64,000 nucleotides of DNA from an uncultured bacterium (GTDB lineage: Bacteria; Actinomycetota; Acidimicrobiia; Acidimicrobiales; VFJN01): the NCBI GenBank assembly GCA_963813485.1, contig CAWEZE010000023.1, positions 52,690 through 116,689 on the forward strand. The letters are read 5' to 3'. A program made the translations under genes and the position numbers. Shown here piece after piece: positions 26,985-35,083 of the stretch (the stretch's first letter is position 1; every line of letters starts with the position of its first letter). The notes under the pieces were generated by a model. It searched no databases, was not told where the DNA came from, and saw only the letters and a list, made by a program, of their open reading frames with translations.

Positions 26985-27938
26985 TCATGACCGCGGGCTC
27001 GCCGATGCCCGCTCGGGATGGTCGTCCCTGTTGGGGCAGAGGTGCACGGGCCCGGCGGCATCGGGCACGACCAGCGTCGGCCGTCGGGCCCTGTCGGCGA
27101 CCGTTCGGGCCACGCTGCCCAGCAGCAGCTCGCGCGGGCCACCGCGGCCGCGGGTCCCGACCACCATGAGGTCCGCGTCCACGTCGTCCGCCACCTCCAG
27201 CAGCGTCGCTGCCGGGTCGCCCGAGCGCACGATCACCTGCACGCCGACGTCCCGCGCCCGCACACCCCGTACCTCCGCCTCGAGCAGCGCCATGGCCGCT
27301 TCGGCCACCCGTCCCTGATGCCCGTCGCCGGGCTCGGTCGGCTCATCCAGCGGGAACGGCGGCACGTACTCCACGACCTCGAGCACGCTCAGCGATCCAC
27401 CCAGCGCGACCGCCAGGTCCGCCCCCAGCTCGAGCGCGGCCCGCGAGGCCTGGGAATGGTCGACGCCGACGAGCACGTGGCGGAGGCGGAGCGCGTCAGC
27501 GGCGGCCGCCTCTGGGCGACGGTCGGGCACGACCAGCACCGGCACCCGAGCCGCCTGCAGCAAATGGAGGCTGGTGGAACCGAGGGCGAGCTCCGGTCTG
27601 TCTCCGACGCCGCGGCTCCCGACCACGAGCAGGTCGGCGTGCTCGTCCTCGATGGCGGCGAGGAGGACGTCGACCGGATCGCCGTCGCGCACCTCGACGC
27701 GGTGCAGGCCACGCGATCGTGCCAACGGCGCGCACCACGTCCGTTCGACGAGGGCGCACAGGGTCCTGCGCCAGGACCGAGCCGACGCGTCGGGATCGTG
27801 CCACCGATCCAGCAGCCCGAGGGCGTGGATCGCCACGACCTCGGCGGCGAGCGCCTCGCCGAGCCCGGTGGCCCAGCGCAGGGCCTCCCGCGAGGTGGCG
27901 GATCCATCGACGCCCACCACGATCCGAGTTCCTTCCAT
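26985..27938 (-). CDS. tandem universal stress protein (two UspA domains)
   Basis: ATG 27938 (MEGTRIVVGVDGS) lies inside track ORF 26985..27989. The second domain reads HVLVGVDHS...MVVGTRGRGGPRELLLGSVA. Confidence 0.85.
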   Translation of the reverse strand: MEGTRIVVGVDGSATSREALRWATGLGEALAAEVVAIHALGLLDRWHDPDASARSWRRTLCALVERTWCAPLARSRGLHRVEVRDGDPVDVLLAAIEDEHADLLVVGSRGVGDRPELALGSTSLHLLQAARVPVLVVPDRRPEAAAADALRLRHVLVGVDHSQASRAALELGADLAVALGGSLSVLEVVEYVPPFPLDEPTEPGDGHQGRVAEAAMALLEAEVRGVRARDVGVQVIVRSGDPAATLLEVADDVDADLMVVGTRGRGGPRELLLGSVARTVADRARRPTLVVPDAAGPVHLCPNRDDHPERASASPRS

Positions 27939-28489
27939 GCCATCAGCGTCGCCAGCCGCGGCCGGCGACGCCAGGGTCGAAGGTCCCACGCCGCTTGCGG
28001 CTTGGCGCTAGCCCCGTGGGCTGGCCCCCGGCGACCGGCGGTCGCCGGTACGGAGCGGTCGCGTGCCCATCGAGGGTCGAAGGTCCTCGAGCGCGGCGGG
28101 TCGATCCGGCGACCGGTGAGCCGATCGGGGACCAGCCGCATCCAGTGCGCCTTGTCACCGCCGGGCCACGGATCTATCGCCAGCCGGCGCACCCGTTCGA
28201 AGGTGGCGGCGTCGTAGTGGGTCACCTCTTCGAGCCGGCCCGTGGCGACGACGCTCCAGCCCGCACGGCCGGCGTGGTCGAACCTGTCGACCTCGAAGCT
28301 GGCCCGGGCCCGCGGGCCATGGGCCAGCTTGGTTCCCGGGTCGGTGCGGAAGACGATGGTGTCGCCGTCGAGCGCGTAGTTCACCGGGAAGATCGCCGGG
28401 GTGCTCCCGGCGATCACGGCGAGGCGGCCGATGTCGTCGTCCGCCAGCAGGCGCAGGCACTGGTCACGATCGAGAACGCGCAGTTCCAT
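27389..28489 (-). CDS. PPOX family protein, paralog 2 (3' end doubtful)
   Basis: ATG 28489. MELRVLDRDQCLRLLADDDIGRLAV...HWMRLVPDRLTGRRI covers about 130 aa, down to about 28100. The frame then has no stop until 27389 and overlaps the USP gene by about 550 nt in another frame. Confidence 0.65.
   Translation of the reverse strand: MELRVLDRDQCLRLLADDDIGRLAVIAGSTPAIFPVNYALDGDTIVFRTDPGTKLAHGPRARASFEVDRFDHAGRAGWSVVATGRLEEVTHYDAATFERVRRLAIDPWPGGDKAHWMRLVPDRLTGRRIDPPRSRTFDPRWARDRSVPATAGRRGPAHGASAKPQAAWDLRPWRRRPRLATLMAWKELGSWWASMDPPPRGRPCAGPPGSARRSPPRSWRSTPSGCWIGGTIPTRRLGPGAGPCAPSSNGRGARRWHDRVACTASRCATAIRSTSSSPPSRTSTPTCSWSGAAASETDRSSPSVPPASICCRRLGCRCWSCPTVAQRRPPLTRSASATCSSASTIPRPRGPRSSWGRTWRSRWVDR
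27974..27987 (-). promoter_or_regulatory. DosR/DevR-box-like dyad D (reads GGGACCTTCGACCC on the minus strand)
   Basis: Its centre is 42.5 nt upstream of the USP ATG 27938. GACGCT lies at -12..-7 relative to that ATG. Confidence 0.5.
28074..28087 (-). promoter_or_regulatory. DosR/DevR-box-like dyad E (reads AGGACCTTCGACCC on the minus strand)
   Basis: A second copy exactly 100 bp upstream of dyad D, inside the 3' region of PPOX paralog 2. Confidence 0.4.
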
Positions 28490-28525
28490 GGCCCGATCAT
28501 CGGAGGCCGCGCCTCCCCGGCGGCA

Positions 28526-28539
28526 GTGCCGAAGGTCCC
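28526..28539 (-). promoter_or_regulatory. DosR/DevR-box-like dyad F (reads GGGACCTTCGGCAC on the minus strand)
   Basis: Its centre is 43.5 nt upstream of ATG 28489. GATGAT lies at -12..-7. Confidence 0.45.
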
Positions 28540-28642
28540 GATCGACGCGACGCTCGGTCTTCGCGTTGGGGCCGTTTGCCCCTGCCGACCGGCGGGTGGA
28601 CAGCCCACGATCGAGGTGAAGCCACCGCCCAAGGAGGACCTC

Positions 28643-29731
28643 ATGGGCGCGATCGACGGACGAACCTGGCTCGAGCACATGAGCCCGGCCGAGTGCTGGA
28701 GGCTCCTGGCGTCGACCCCGGTCGGGCGGATCGGCGTCCTCAACGACAGCGCCCCCGAGATCTACCCGGTGAACCACGTCGTGGACCGCGACACGATCGT
28801 CTTCCGCACCGACGCCGGTAGCAAGCTTCGGGGCCTGACCCGCAGCCCCGCCGTCTGCTACGAGGTCGATGCCGTCGTGGCGGACGATGCGACCGGGTGG
28901 AGCGTGCTCGTCAAGGGGCGGGCGGTCGAGGTCGACGATCCCGACGACGTCCGCCACGTCGCCCAACTCCCGCTGCGACATTGGGCCGTGGGGCACAAGC
29001 TCCACTGGATCCGGATCCTGCCCTCCGAGGTGACTGGCCGGCGCATCTGGAATCGCAGGACGGCGGAGTCGACCGCCCCCCGCGGAGGGACCGTCGCTGC
29101 GCCGGACCGCCCATCGCGTCCGACGTCTGTGCTGACCGGCTCGGTCACACGCCTCGACGCCACCGAAACGGTGCCGCGGCCACCCCAGGATCCCGCGTCA
29201 CCCACGTGCCGTCAGCCCGAGCTGGGCCGCCAGGGCCTGAAGGGCCTCGACCTGGCGGGCTGGTTCGTAGCCGACGATGTTGAGGTCCCAGACGAACTCG
29301 TCGATGCCGATATCGCGCGCCCGTTCGAGGTCGTCGACGATCTGGGGCTCGGTCCACGTCGTTGGCGGCGTGGCGTGTTCGGCGTCGGCGAGCATGGGAC
29401 CGCCTCGGGCGACGATCGGCCCCGTACCGCCGGCCGTCCGGTACCACTCGATCTGGTTGAGCGTGTCGTCCCAGTTGCGGAATCCCACCGTGAAGCCGTC
29501 GCCGAGGCGCGCCGCCCTCTCCACCGCGGGCCTGGCCACACCGCCGATGAAGACCTGGATCCCGCCGTCCAGCGGCTTGGGTCCGATCTTCGAGCGAGGA
29601 ATGCGGTAGTGGTCGCCCCGGTACTCGACCGGGTCCGGCCCCCAGCACGCTCGCATCGCCGCCACACATTCCTCGAAGCGGGCAGCCCGACCCGTCGCGC
29701 CGACGCCGGTTGCCTCGAACTCCTCCGGTAG
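28643..29731 (+). CDS. PPOX family protein, paralog 3 (3' end doubtful)
   Basis: ATG 28643 has the SD AAGGAGGA. MGAIDGRTWLEHMSPAECWRLLASTPVGRIGV...HWIRILPSEVTGRRI ends near 29050. The frame then stays open to 29731, antisense to the LLM gene. Confidence 0.65.
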   Translation: MGAIDGRTWLEHMSPAECWRLLASTPVGRIGVLNDSAPEIYPVNHVVDRDTIVFRTDAGSKLRGLTRSPAVCYEVDAVVADDATGWSVLVKGRAVEVDDPDDVRHVAQLPLRHWAVGHKLHWIRILPSEVTGRRIWNRRTAESTAPRGGTVAAPDRPSRPTSVLTGSVTRLDATETVPRPPQDPASPTCRQPELGRQGLKGLDLAGWFVADDVEVPDELVDADIARPFEVVDDLGLGPRRWRRGVFGVGEHGTASGDDRPRTAGRPVPLDLVERVVPVAESHREAVAEARRPLHRGPGHTADEDLDPAVQRLGSDLRARNAVVVAPVLDRVRPPARSHRRHTFLEAGSPTRRADAGCLELLR

Positions 29732-30112
29732 CCAGCCCAGACCAAGGCCGACGTCGACGCGCCCGCCGGAGAGGTGATCGAGCGTCGCCAGGCGGCGGGC
29801 GAGCACGATCGGTTGCTGGAAGAGGGGGACGACGACGTCGGTCCGCAGGCGGATGCCGCTGGTCTTCGCGGCGACCCAGCTGAGGCTCTCGATCGCGTCG
29901 TAGAACGGCCAGTCCGGCAGGCCGAAGTCATTGCTCCAACCGGGAGCCGCGGGCAGCAGCAGGCGCTCGGACAGGCTGACGCTGCTGTACCCCAGCCGGT
30001 CGGCAGCGGTTGCCACCGCCTCGACCGATGCGGGGCCTGCGTGCGCACCGCCGATCGGGAGGCCGACCCCGACAGCCGGCCAGCGACCGAAGGTCACGGC
30101 GGCGTCGCTCAT
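29198..30112 (-). CDS. LLM-class F420-dependent oxidoreductase
   Basis: 304 aa. GRVDVGLGLGWLPEEFEA and the overall luciferase-like pattern support the call. It has a 4-nt overlap with the upstream SRPBCC gene. Confidence 0.85.
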   Translation of the reverse strand: MSDAAVTFGRWPAVGVGLPIGGAHAGPASVEAVATAADRLGYSSVSLSERLLLPAAPGWSNDFGLPDWPFYDAIESLSWVAAKTSGIRLRTDVVVPLFQQPIVLARRLATLDHLSGGRVDVGLGLGWLPEEFEATGVGATGRAARFEECVAAMRACWGPDPVEYRGDHYRIPRSKIGPKPLDGGIQVFIGGVARPAVERAARLGDGFTVGFRNWDDTLNQIEWYRTAGGTGPIVARGGPMLADAEHATPPTTWTEPQIVDDLERARDIGIDEFVWDLNIVGYEPARQVEALQALAAQLGLTARG

Positions 30113-30585
30113 CGGTCGCCGAGCCCGGCCTCGAGCGCGGCCCCGAGGGCGTCGACCATGAGGTTCGTGCCGTGCTCCCGCCCCGCAGGGTCCTCCAGGC
30201 CATCGAGGAACGCGCCTTGCTCGGTGAACGTCATCCGGGTGCCGCCGCCGACCGCGGCCAGCTCGATGGTGGCGAGCGAGACGGAGATGCGTTGCGGGCC
30301 GAGGTGGAGGTCGTACGCGTAGACGATCCGTTCGTTCTCGACGATGTCCTGGTAGCGCGCATCGAAGAGGTGCACGGGCCCCTCGGGAGGGCCTCCCCGA
30401 TTGATCTCGCGGCCGCCGACGCGGAAGTCGAGGCTGTGCTCGGTGTCGACCCAGTCGGGCGGCATGGTGAACCAGCGCTCCTTGAGCTCGGGTTCGGCGA
30501 AGGCCGCGAACACGGCGCGAGGCGTGACCGGATACGTCCGCTCGATCACGAAGGTGGTATGGGTCACGGTGCGGTCACTCATCAA
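30109..30585 (-). CDS. SRPBCC / AHSA1-family protein
   Basis: 158 aa: FVIERTYPVTPRAVFAAFAEPELKERWF...RIVYAYD. Confidence 0.85.
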   Translation of the reverse strand: MMSDRTVTHTTFVIERTYPVTPRAVFAAFAEPELKERWFTMPPDWVDTEHSLDFRVGGREINRGGPPEGPVHLFDARYQDIVENERIVYAYDLHLGPQRISVSLATIELAAVGGGTRMTFTEQGAFLDGLEDPAGREHGTNLMVDALGAALEAGLGDR

Positions 30586-30940
30586 TCGCTCCTCGAGTCG
30601 GCTCGGCGCCGGCGGCAGGCTGCGGTCCGAGAACCCTGCCCAACTGGTCGAACGCCCGCTCCCATATGGCTCGCCGGTCGGCGATCCAGCGGTCGACTGG
30701 CCGGAGCGTGTCCAGGTTGATCTCGCAGCGGCGAACCCGCCCCACCTTCTCCGTGCGAACGAGCTCGGCCGCCTCCAGTACCTGGACGTGCTGCACGACC
30801 GCCGCCAGCGTCATGGGCAACGGCCTCGCCAGCTCGGTGACCGATGCGGGGCCCTGGCTCAGCCGCTCGACCATGTTGCGGCGGCTCGAATCAGCGAGCG
30901 CGTGGAAGACGCGATCCAGCGCCTCGTCTTGCTTAAGCAT
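30575..30940 (-). CDS. ArsR/SmtB-family transcriptional regulator
   Basis: 121 aa: FHALADSSRRNMVERLSQGPASVTELARPLPMTLAAVVQHVQVLEAAELV. Confidence 0.85.
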   Translation of the reverse strand: MLKQDEALDRVFHALADSSRRNMVERLSQGPASVTELARPLPMTLAAVVQHVQVLEAAELVRTEKVGRVRRCEINLDTLRPVDRWIADRRAIWERAFDQLGRVLGPQPAAGAEPTRGAIDE

Positions 30941-31095
30941 CTACTTGACCATAGCGGCGAGGGCAGCGACGTTCAAGTGATTGCTTGACTGTTTCGAGCG
31001 GCGCCTGGACGAAGCGGATCTCACGTGGTCAATGCCGTCCTGCCGAGGGCCCGTCGAGCTCCGGGCTCTGCGTGCGACGGGTCAGGCTCCGTCCG

Positions 31096-31470
31096 CTACT
31101 CGCCGATGGCGCGGTATCCGGAGCAGAGGATTCTCAGCCAACTGATGCGGCCGTTCTCGACGCCGAAGTATGCCTGCTGTTCGACCAGGTACACCCCGTC
31201 GGGATTGCTGACACGGAGCAGGTAGGAGACCCTGCTGCGATCGGCGACCGAGCCGAGTTGCACGTCCTCCAGCGAATCGATGTGGTCGGTGGCCTCGAAC
31301 CAAGCGCCCAGGAGGATGTCGTCAACCAGTGCCCTTGCCGAGCTCGCTTCCCAGAACCGGCTCGGTGTCAAGCCCCGGAAGTCGACCTCCGAGTCGAGGA
31401 GGTCCAGGAGCGCCGTGGGGTCCTTCTTCGCGAGGGCCTCCGCAAACCGTTCCCCGATCCCGTTGTGCAT
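31096..31470 (-). CDS. NTF2/SnoaL-like fold protein
   Basis: ATG 31470 lies inside track ORF 31096..31527 (124 aa). Composition and size fit the SnoaL-like family, but the family call is tentative. Confidence 0.55.
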   Translation of the reverse strand: MHNGIGERFAEALAKKDPTALLDLLDSEVDFRGLTPSRFWEASSARALVDDILLGAWFEATDHIDSLEDVQLGSVADRSRVSYLLRVSNPDGVYLVEQQAYFGVENGRISWLRILCSGYRAIGE

Positions 31471-31564
31471 CGCCTGGTCCTCGCATCCTCGAATCCCTCG
31501 CCACCGCCGGCACGGTGCCGCCCCCAATAGTGCCTGGTCGGGCGCCGCCCCCGCCCGCGTCGGC

Positions 31565-32812
31565 CTACTGGCGACGCGAAAGCGCGGGACCGGGGATCAC
31601 GGGCAGCTCGGAGAGACCACGCAACACGAGCCCGTCGCCGTGATCCCAGTGCAGCTCGCCGACGGGCACGGCAAGGCTGAGATCGGGGAAGCGGCGCAGT
31701 AATGACGCGAGCGCCAGCTGTCCCTCCATGCGTGCCAGAGCGGCACCGAGACAGTGGTGGATGCCGTGTCCGAACGCGAGGTGGCGTGTCTCGGCCCGGC
31801 CGATGTCGAGCACCTCTGAGCCCTCGTACCGGTCGCCGTCCCGGTTGGCGGACGCCAGGCAGATGATCACCTGGGCCCCGACGGGAATCGTCACGTCCCC
31901 GATCTCAACCGGCTCGATCGCATACCGAAACGTCGCGTGGGGGACGGGGGCGTCGTAGCGGAGGCACTCCTCCACGGCCGCGGGAATCCTGCCGGGGTCC
32001 GCACGCAACTGGGCAAGTTGCTCTGGGTTGCGAAACAGCGCGACCACGCTGTTGCCGATGAGGCTCGCGGTCGTGTCGTGCCCGGCCACGATCAACTGGA
32101 AGATCGTCGAGAGCAGCTCCTGCGTGTCGAGGCGCTCGTCGCCGTCACGCGCACTGAGCAACCCGCTCACAAGGTCGTCGCCCGGGGCGTCCTGCTTCGC
32201 CTCGACGAGTGCCTCCAGCATCGCCACCACGGAGTCGGACGCCGCTTTGGCCCGTGCATACGCCGCCGGCGTGGGCGTGGGGACCAGGAGAGCGGTGAGG
32301 CCGCGACCCAGCGGAGCCCGATCGGGCTCGGGCACGCCGAGGAGCTCGCAAATCACCGTGAACGGGAGTGGAAAGGCGAAGGCCGCAACGAGATCAGCCC
32401 GGGCATCGGGCCCGAGCGCGGCGAGATCGTCGAGGAGGTCGTCCACGATGGCCTGCACCCGCGGGCGCAGCGCCTCGATCCGCCGGGGAGAGAAAGCGGC
32501 CGAGACGAGGCGACGGAGCCGAGTGTGGTCCGGCGGGTCGACACTGAGCATGTGCCGGGCAAAGGCCGGTCCGGGAAGGCCCTCGGCCACGACGCCGGTG
32601 TCCATGGCCAGCGCCGCATGCATGTCCTTGGAAAGCCGCGGGTCGTTGAGGGCGGCGCGAGCCTCCTCGTGGTGGGACACCAGCCAGGCGTCGTGCCCGT
32701 CGGCAAGCGTGACCGGATGCACCGCGCCGAGTGCGCGAACGCCGGCGAACAGGGGGAAGGGGTCATCGCGGTCGTAGGCGCCCCATGCCGCGAGTGCCTC
32801 GTGCGTCGTCAA
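31565..32812 (-). CDS. cytochrome P450
   Basis: 415 aa. Motifs: the I-helix AGHDTT, EECLRY, and the heme loop FGHGIHHCLGAALA. Confidence 0.95.
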   Translation of the reverse strand: MTTHEALAAWGAYDRDDPFPLFAGVRALGAVHPVTLADGHDAWLVSHHEEARAALNDPRLSKDMHAALAMDTGVVAEGLPGPAFARHMLSVDPPDHTRLRRLVSAAFSPRRIEALRPRVQAIVDDLLDDLAALGPDARADLVAAFAFPLPFTVICELLGVPEPDRAPLGRGLTALLVPTPTPAAYARAKAASDSVVAMLEALVEAKQDAPGDDLVSGLLSARDGDERLDTQELLSTIFQLIVAGHDTTASLIGNSVVALFRNPEQLAQLRADPGRIPAAVEECLRYDAPVPHATFRYAIEPVEIGDVTIPVGAQVIICLASANRDGDRYEGSEVLDIGRAETRHLAFGHGIHHCLGAALARMEGQLALASLLRRFPDLSLAVPVGELHWDHGDGLVLRGLSELPVIPGPALSRRQ

Positions 32813-32961
32813 TGGTCAGCCCTTGCCCGCGAGCGCCTGCCGGTCATGGAAGAAGCTTGTCACGACCCGCCGGCAGGTCTGAAGGCGAGCGCACCCGAGC
32901 TGCCGAACGGCTCGGCCCTGCAGGGAGAGCAGGTGCATCCGGGCCGTCGACGATCGTCGTG

Positions 32962-33561
32962 TCACCCGACGAAGGCGGCCACCACCCCGCCGAGGAGCAG
33001 GCCCGCACCCAGGCCCGCCGTAACGTCGAGCGGATTGTGCGCGCCGACGTACACGCGACCGAACATGACCAGCGCGGTGAGCAGGACTGGAACCCACACC
33101 CATTCCACCGGCAGGGTCGGACTGATCACGCACCCGATCGCGGCCACGAGAATGACGTGCCCGGACGGGAAGCTCGGTCCCGTGGACGGCACGTCGCCAC
33201 CCCGGAGCACGCTTCCCGGCTGGCTCGCGCCCGGTCGCTCGCGGACTGCGAGGTACGCCTTCATCTCCCGCCGCACGATGCGCTCCGTCACGAGCTTCAG
33301 GATCATCGCCAGGATCACACCGACGGCCACTGCCGGCTCCCCCGCCAGCCAGGCGCTGGCCAGGCCGACAAGCGTGCCGACCACGAGGTTTCCGAGCTGC
33401 ATCGGCGCCCACACGATCCAATACAGCCAGTTCGGCAAGCCGTTCACGGCATGGAACACCCGCGTCTCCCATCCCGGGATGTCAGGCCGGCGGGCCGCGC
33501 CGATGGAGGCGACCGCGATGGCGAGTCCGACGCCCGAGGCCACCAACCAGGCCAGGCTCAT
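32962..33561 (-). CDS. PAP2-family phosphatase (membrane)
   Basis: 199 aa. PSGH and GAHNPLDV are PAP2 motifs, and it has several TM helices. Confidence 0.85.
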   Translation of the reverse strand: MSLAWLVASGVGLAIAVASIGAARRPDIPGWETRVFHAVNGLPNWLYWIVWAPMQLGNLVVGTLVGLASAWLAGEPAVAVGVILAMILKLVTERIVRREMKAYLAVRERPGASQPGSVLRGGDVPSTGPSFPSGHVILVAAIGCVISPTLPVEWVWVPVLLTALVMFGRVYVGAHNPLDVTAGLGAGLLLGGVVAAFVG

Positions 33562-33876
33562 CGGGAGTGGAGCTGCATCGACACGCCGACACGGTCTACC
33601 GCCCTGTTCGACCGATGATCACCCGTCCGGGGTGACGGGACGGGCCGAGACCAGCTCGGGTCGTGAACCTCCTCGGCGGGGCCTACGCGCACGCATCGGC
33701 TTGCGGCGCTCGTTGCCGGCGCATGCTCACATGGAGACGTGAGCGACCGCGTGCGGAAATCTGGATCTACATCGCAGACTCGTCGTTCCGCACGGCAGCT
33801 GGTCGACTGGCGAGTGACCGGACGGCCCGACCGAGCCGTGCGCCAGTCGGGCGCCGGCTTCCGCGCCACCCCTCGA

Positions 33877-34698
33877 TCACAGCGAGCACCGGGGCTCAAT
33901 GCGTCCGACGGCGCCGAGACCGTCGACGGCCATGAGCCCGCCGTCGACGAACGTGACGTAGAGCCGATCGAGGTCGGGCCCGGCGAAGGCGACATCGGTG
34001 GGGTTGGGCAGCGGCATCGCCACCTCGCGCTCGAGGCCGTCGCGTGTGAACCGCACCAGGCGGCCACCACCGAACAGGGCGCACCACAGGCCGCCGTCGG
34101 TATCGAGCGCCGCCCCGTCGGCGCCGCCCTCCAGGTCGGTCATGTCGCCGAAGACCCGCCGCTCGCCGACCGACCCAGCGATCGGGTCGTACGGGTAGGC
34201 GTAGTAGTGCGCCGACGTGTCGCCGATGATCAGCGTCATCTCGCCGTCGATCACCCCGGCGTTAGGCCCGTTGGTGTTGGCGATGTCGGCGTCGAGCATG
34301 CGCCACCCGTGGCGCGCGGAGAACCACCAGGCCGATCCGTCGCCGGGGCCGAGGTTCAGCTTCCCGGTGACGACGTTGCCGGCGGCGTCGGCGCACATGT
34401 CGTTGCACCGCCCCCCGATCTCGTCGGGGTAGAGGCTCACGAGGCTCCACGCGCCGGAGTCGGGGTCGGCGGCGTGGAGGCCGTCGTCGAGCGCGGCCAG
34501 CACTCGGCCGTCGGTCGTGGCCACGATGCCGGTGGGCATCGATGGTGCGGCAAGGGTGTGGACCTTGCCGCGGCCATCGTCCAGCCAGTGCAGCGTCTTG
34601 GCGGCGCAGTCGACGAAGTACAGGCGCTGCCGCTGATCGTCCCAGAGCAGGCTCTCGCCCCACCCGGTCGTGATGTCGCCGATGCGCGTGATCTCCAT
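33877..34698 (-). CDS. SMP-30/gluconolactonase/LRE family protein
   Basis: 273 aa: GESLLWDDQRQRLYFVDCAAKTLHW...NDMCADAAGN...PNPTDVAFAGPDLDRLYVT. Confidence 0.85.
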   Translation of the reverse strand: MEITRIGDITTGWGESLLWDDQRQRLYFVDCAAKTLHWLDDGRGKVHTLAAPSMPTGIVATTDGRVLAALDDGLHAADPDSGAWSLVSLYPDEIGGRCNDMCADAAGNVVTGKLNLGPGDGSAWWFSARHGWRMLDADIANTNGPNAGVIDGEMTLIIGDTSAHYYAYPYDPIAGSVGERRVFGDMTDLEGGADGAALDTDGGLWCALFGGGRLVRFTRDGLEREVAMPLPNPTDVAFAGPDLDRLYVTFVDGGLMAVDGLGAVGRIEPRCSL

Positions 34699-34734
34699 GC
34701 CGGAGATTCAAGCCGCGCCCAGTGACACGGACGA

Positions 34735-34758
34735 AACGGTAAGACTACACTTACCGTT
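34735..34758. promoter_or_regulatory. perfect 9-bp inverted repeat (AACGGTAAG-ACTACA-CTTACCGTT), probable ArsR operator
   Basis: It lies between the divergent SMP-30 start (34698) and the ArsR GTG 34760. A third CTTACCG copy follows at about 34767. Confidence 0.55.
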
Positions 34759-34759
34759 C

Positions 34760-35083
34760 GTGACGACTTACCGAAGCGACGGTCTGACCGCGTTGGCGGA
34801 TCCGTCGCGCCGGGCGGTCTTCGAGGCGCTCCGCGGCGGTCCATGTGCCGTCGGCGAGCTGGCGAAGCGGTTCCCGATCAGTCGTCCAGCGGTCTCCCAG
34901 CACCTCAAGGTGCTCAAGGGGGCCGGTCTGGTCACAGACCAGGCGATCGGCACCAGGCGTCTCTACCGGATCAGGCCGGAGGGCATCGCCGAGTTGCGCG
35001 CCTATCTGGACCGGATGTGGGACGACGCGCTGGCGGCGTTCGCGGCGGTAGTGGAACTAGAGGAAAGTGAGGACAATCCATGA
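34760..35083 (+). CDS. ArsR/SmtB-family transcriptional regulator
   Basis: GTG 34760 lies inside track ORF 34670..35083. It reads LTALADPSRRAVFEALRGGPCAVGELAKRFPISRPAVSQHLKVLKGAGLV. Earlier ATGs would overlap the divergent gene. Confidence 0.8.
   Translation: MTTYRSDGLTALADPSRRAVFEALRGGPCAVGELAKRFPISRPAVSQHLKVLKGAGLVTDQAIGTRRLYRIRPEGIAELRAYLDRMWDDALAAFAAVVELEESEDNP

Noticed and set aside
28568-28582. GGGGC-CGTTT-GCCCC palindrome upstream of PPOX3, considered as a seventh DevR box.
   Set aside because: The spacer is 5 bp rather than 4 bp, and the half-sites differ from GGGAC/GTCCC. I keep it only as a weak candidate.
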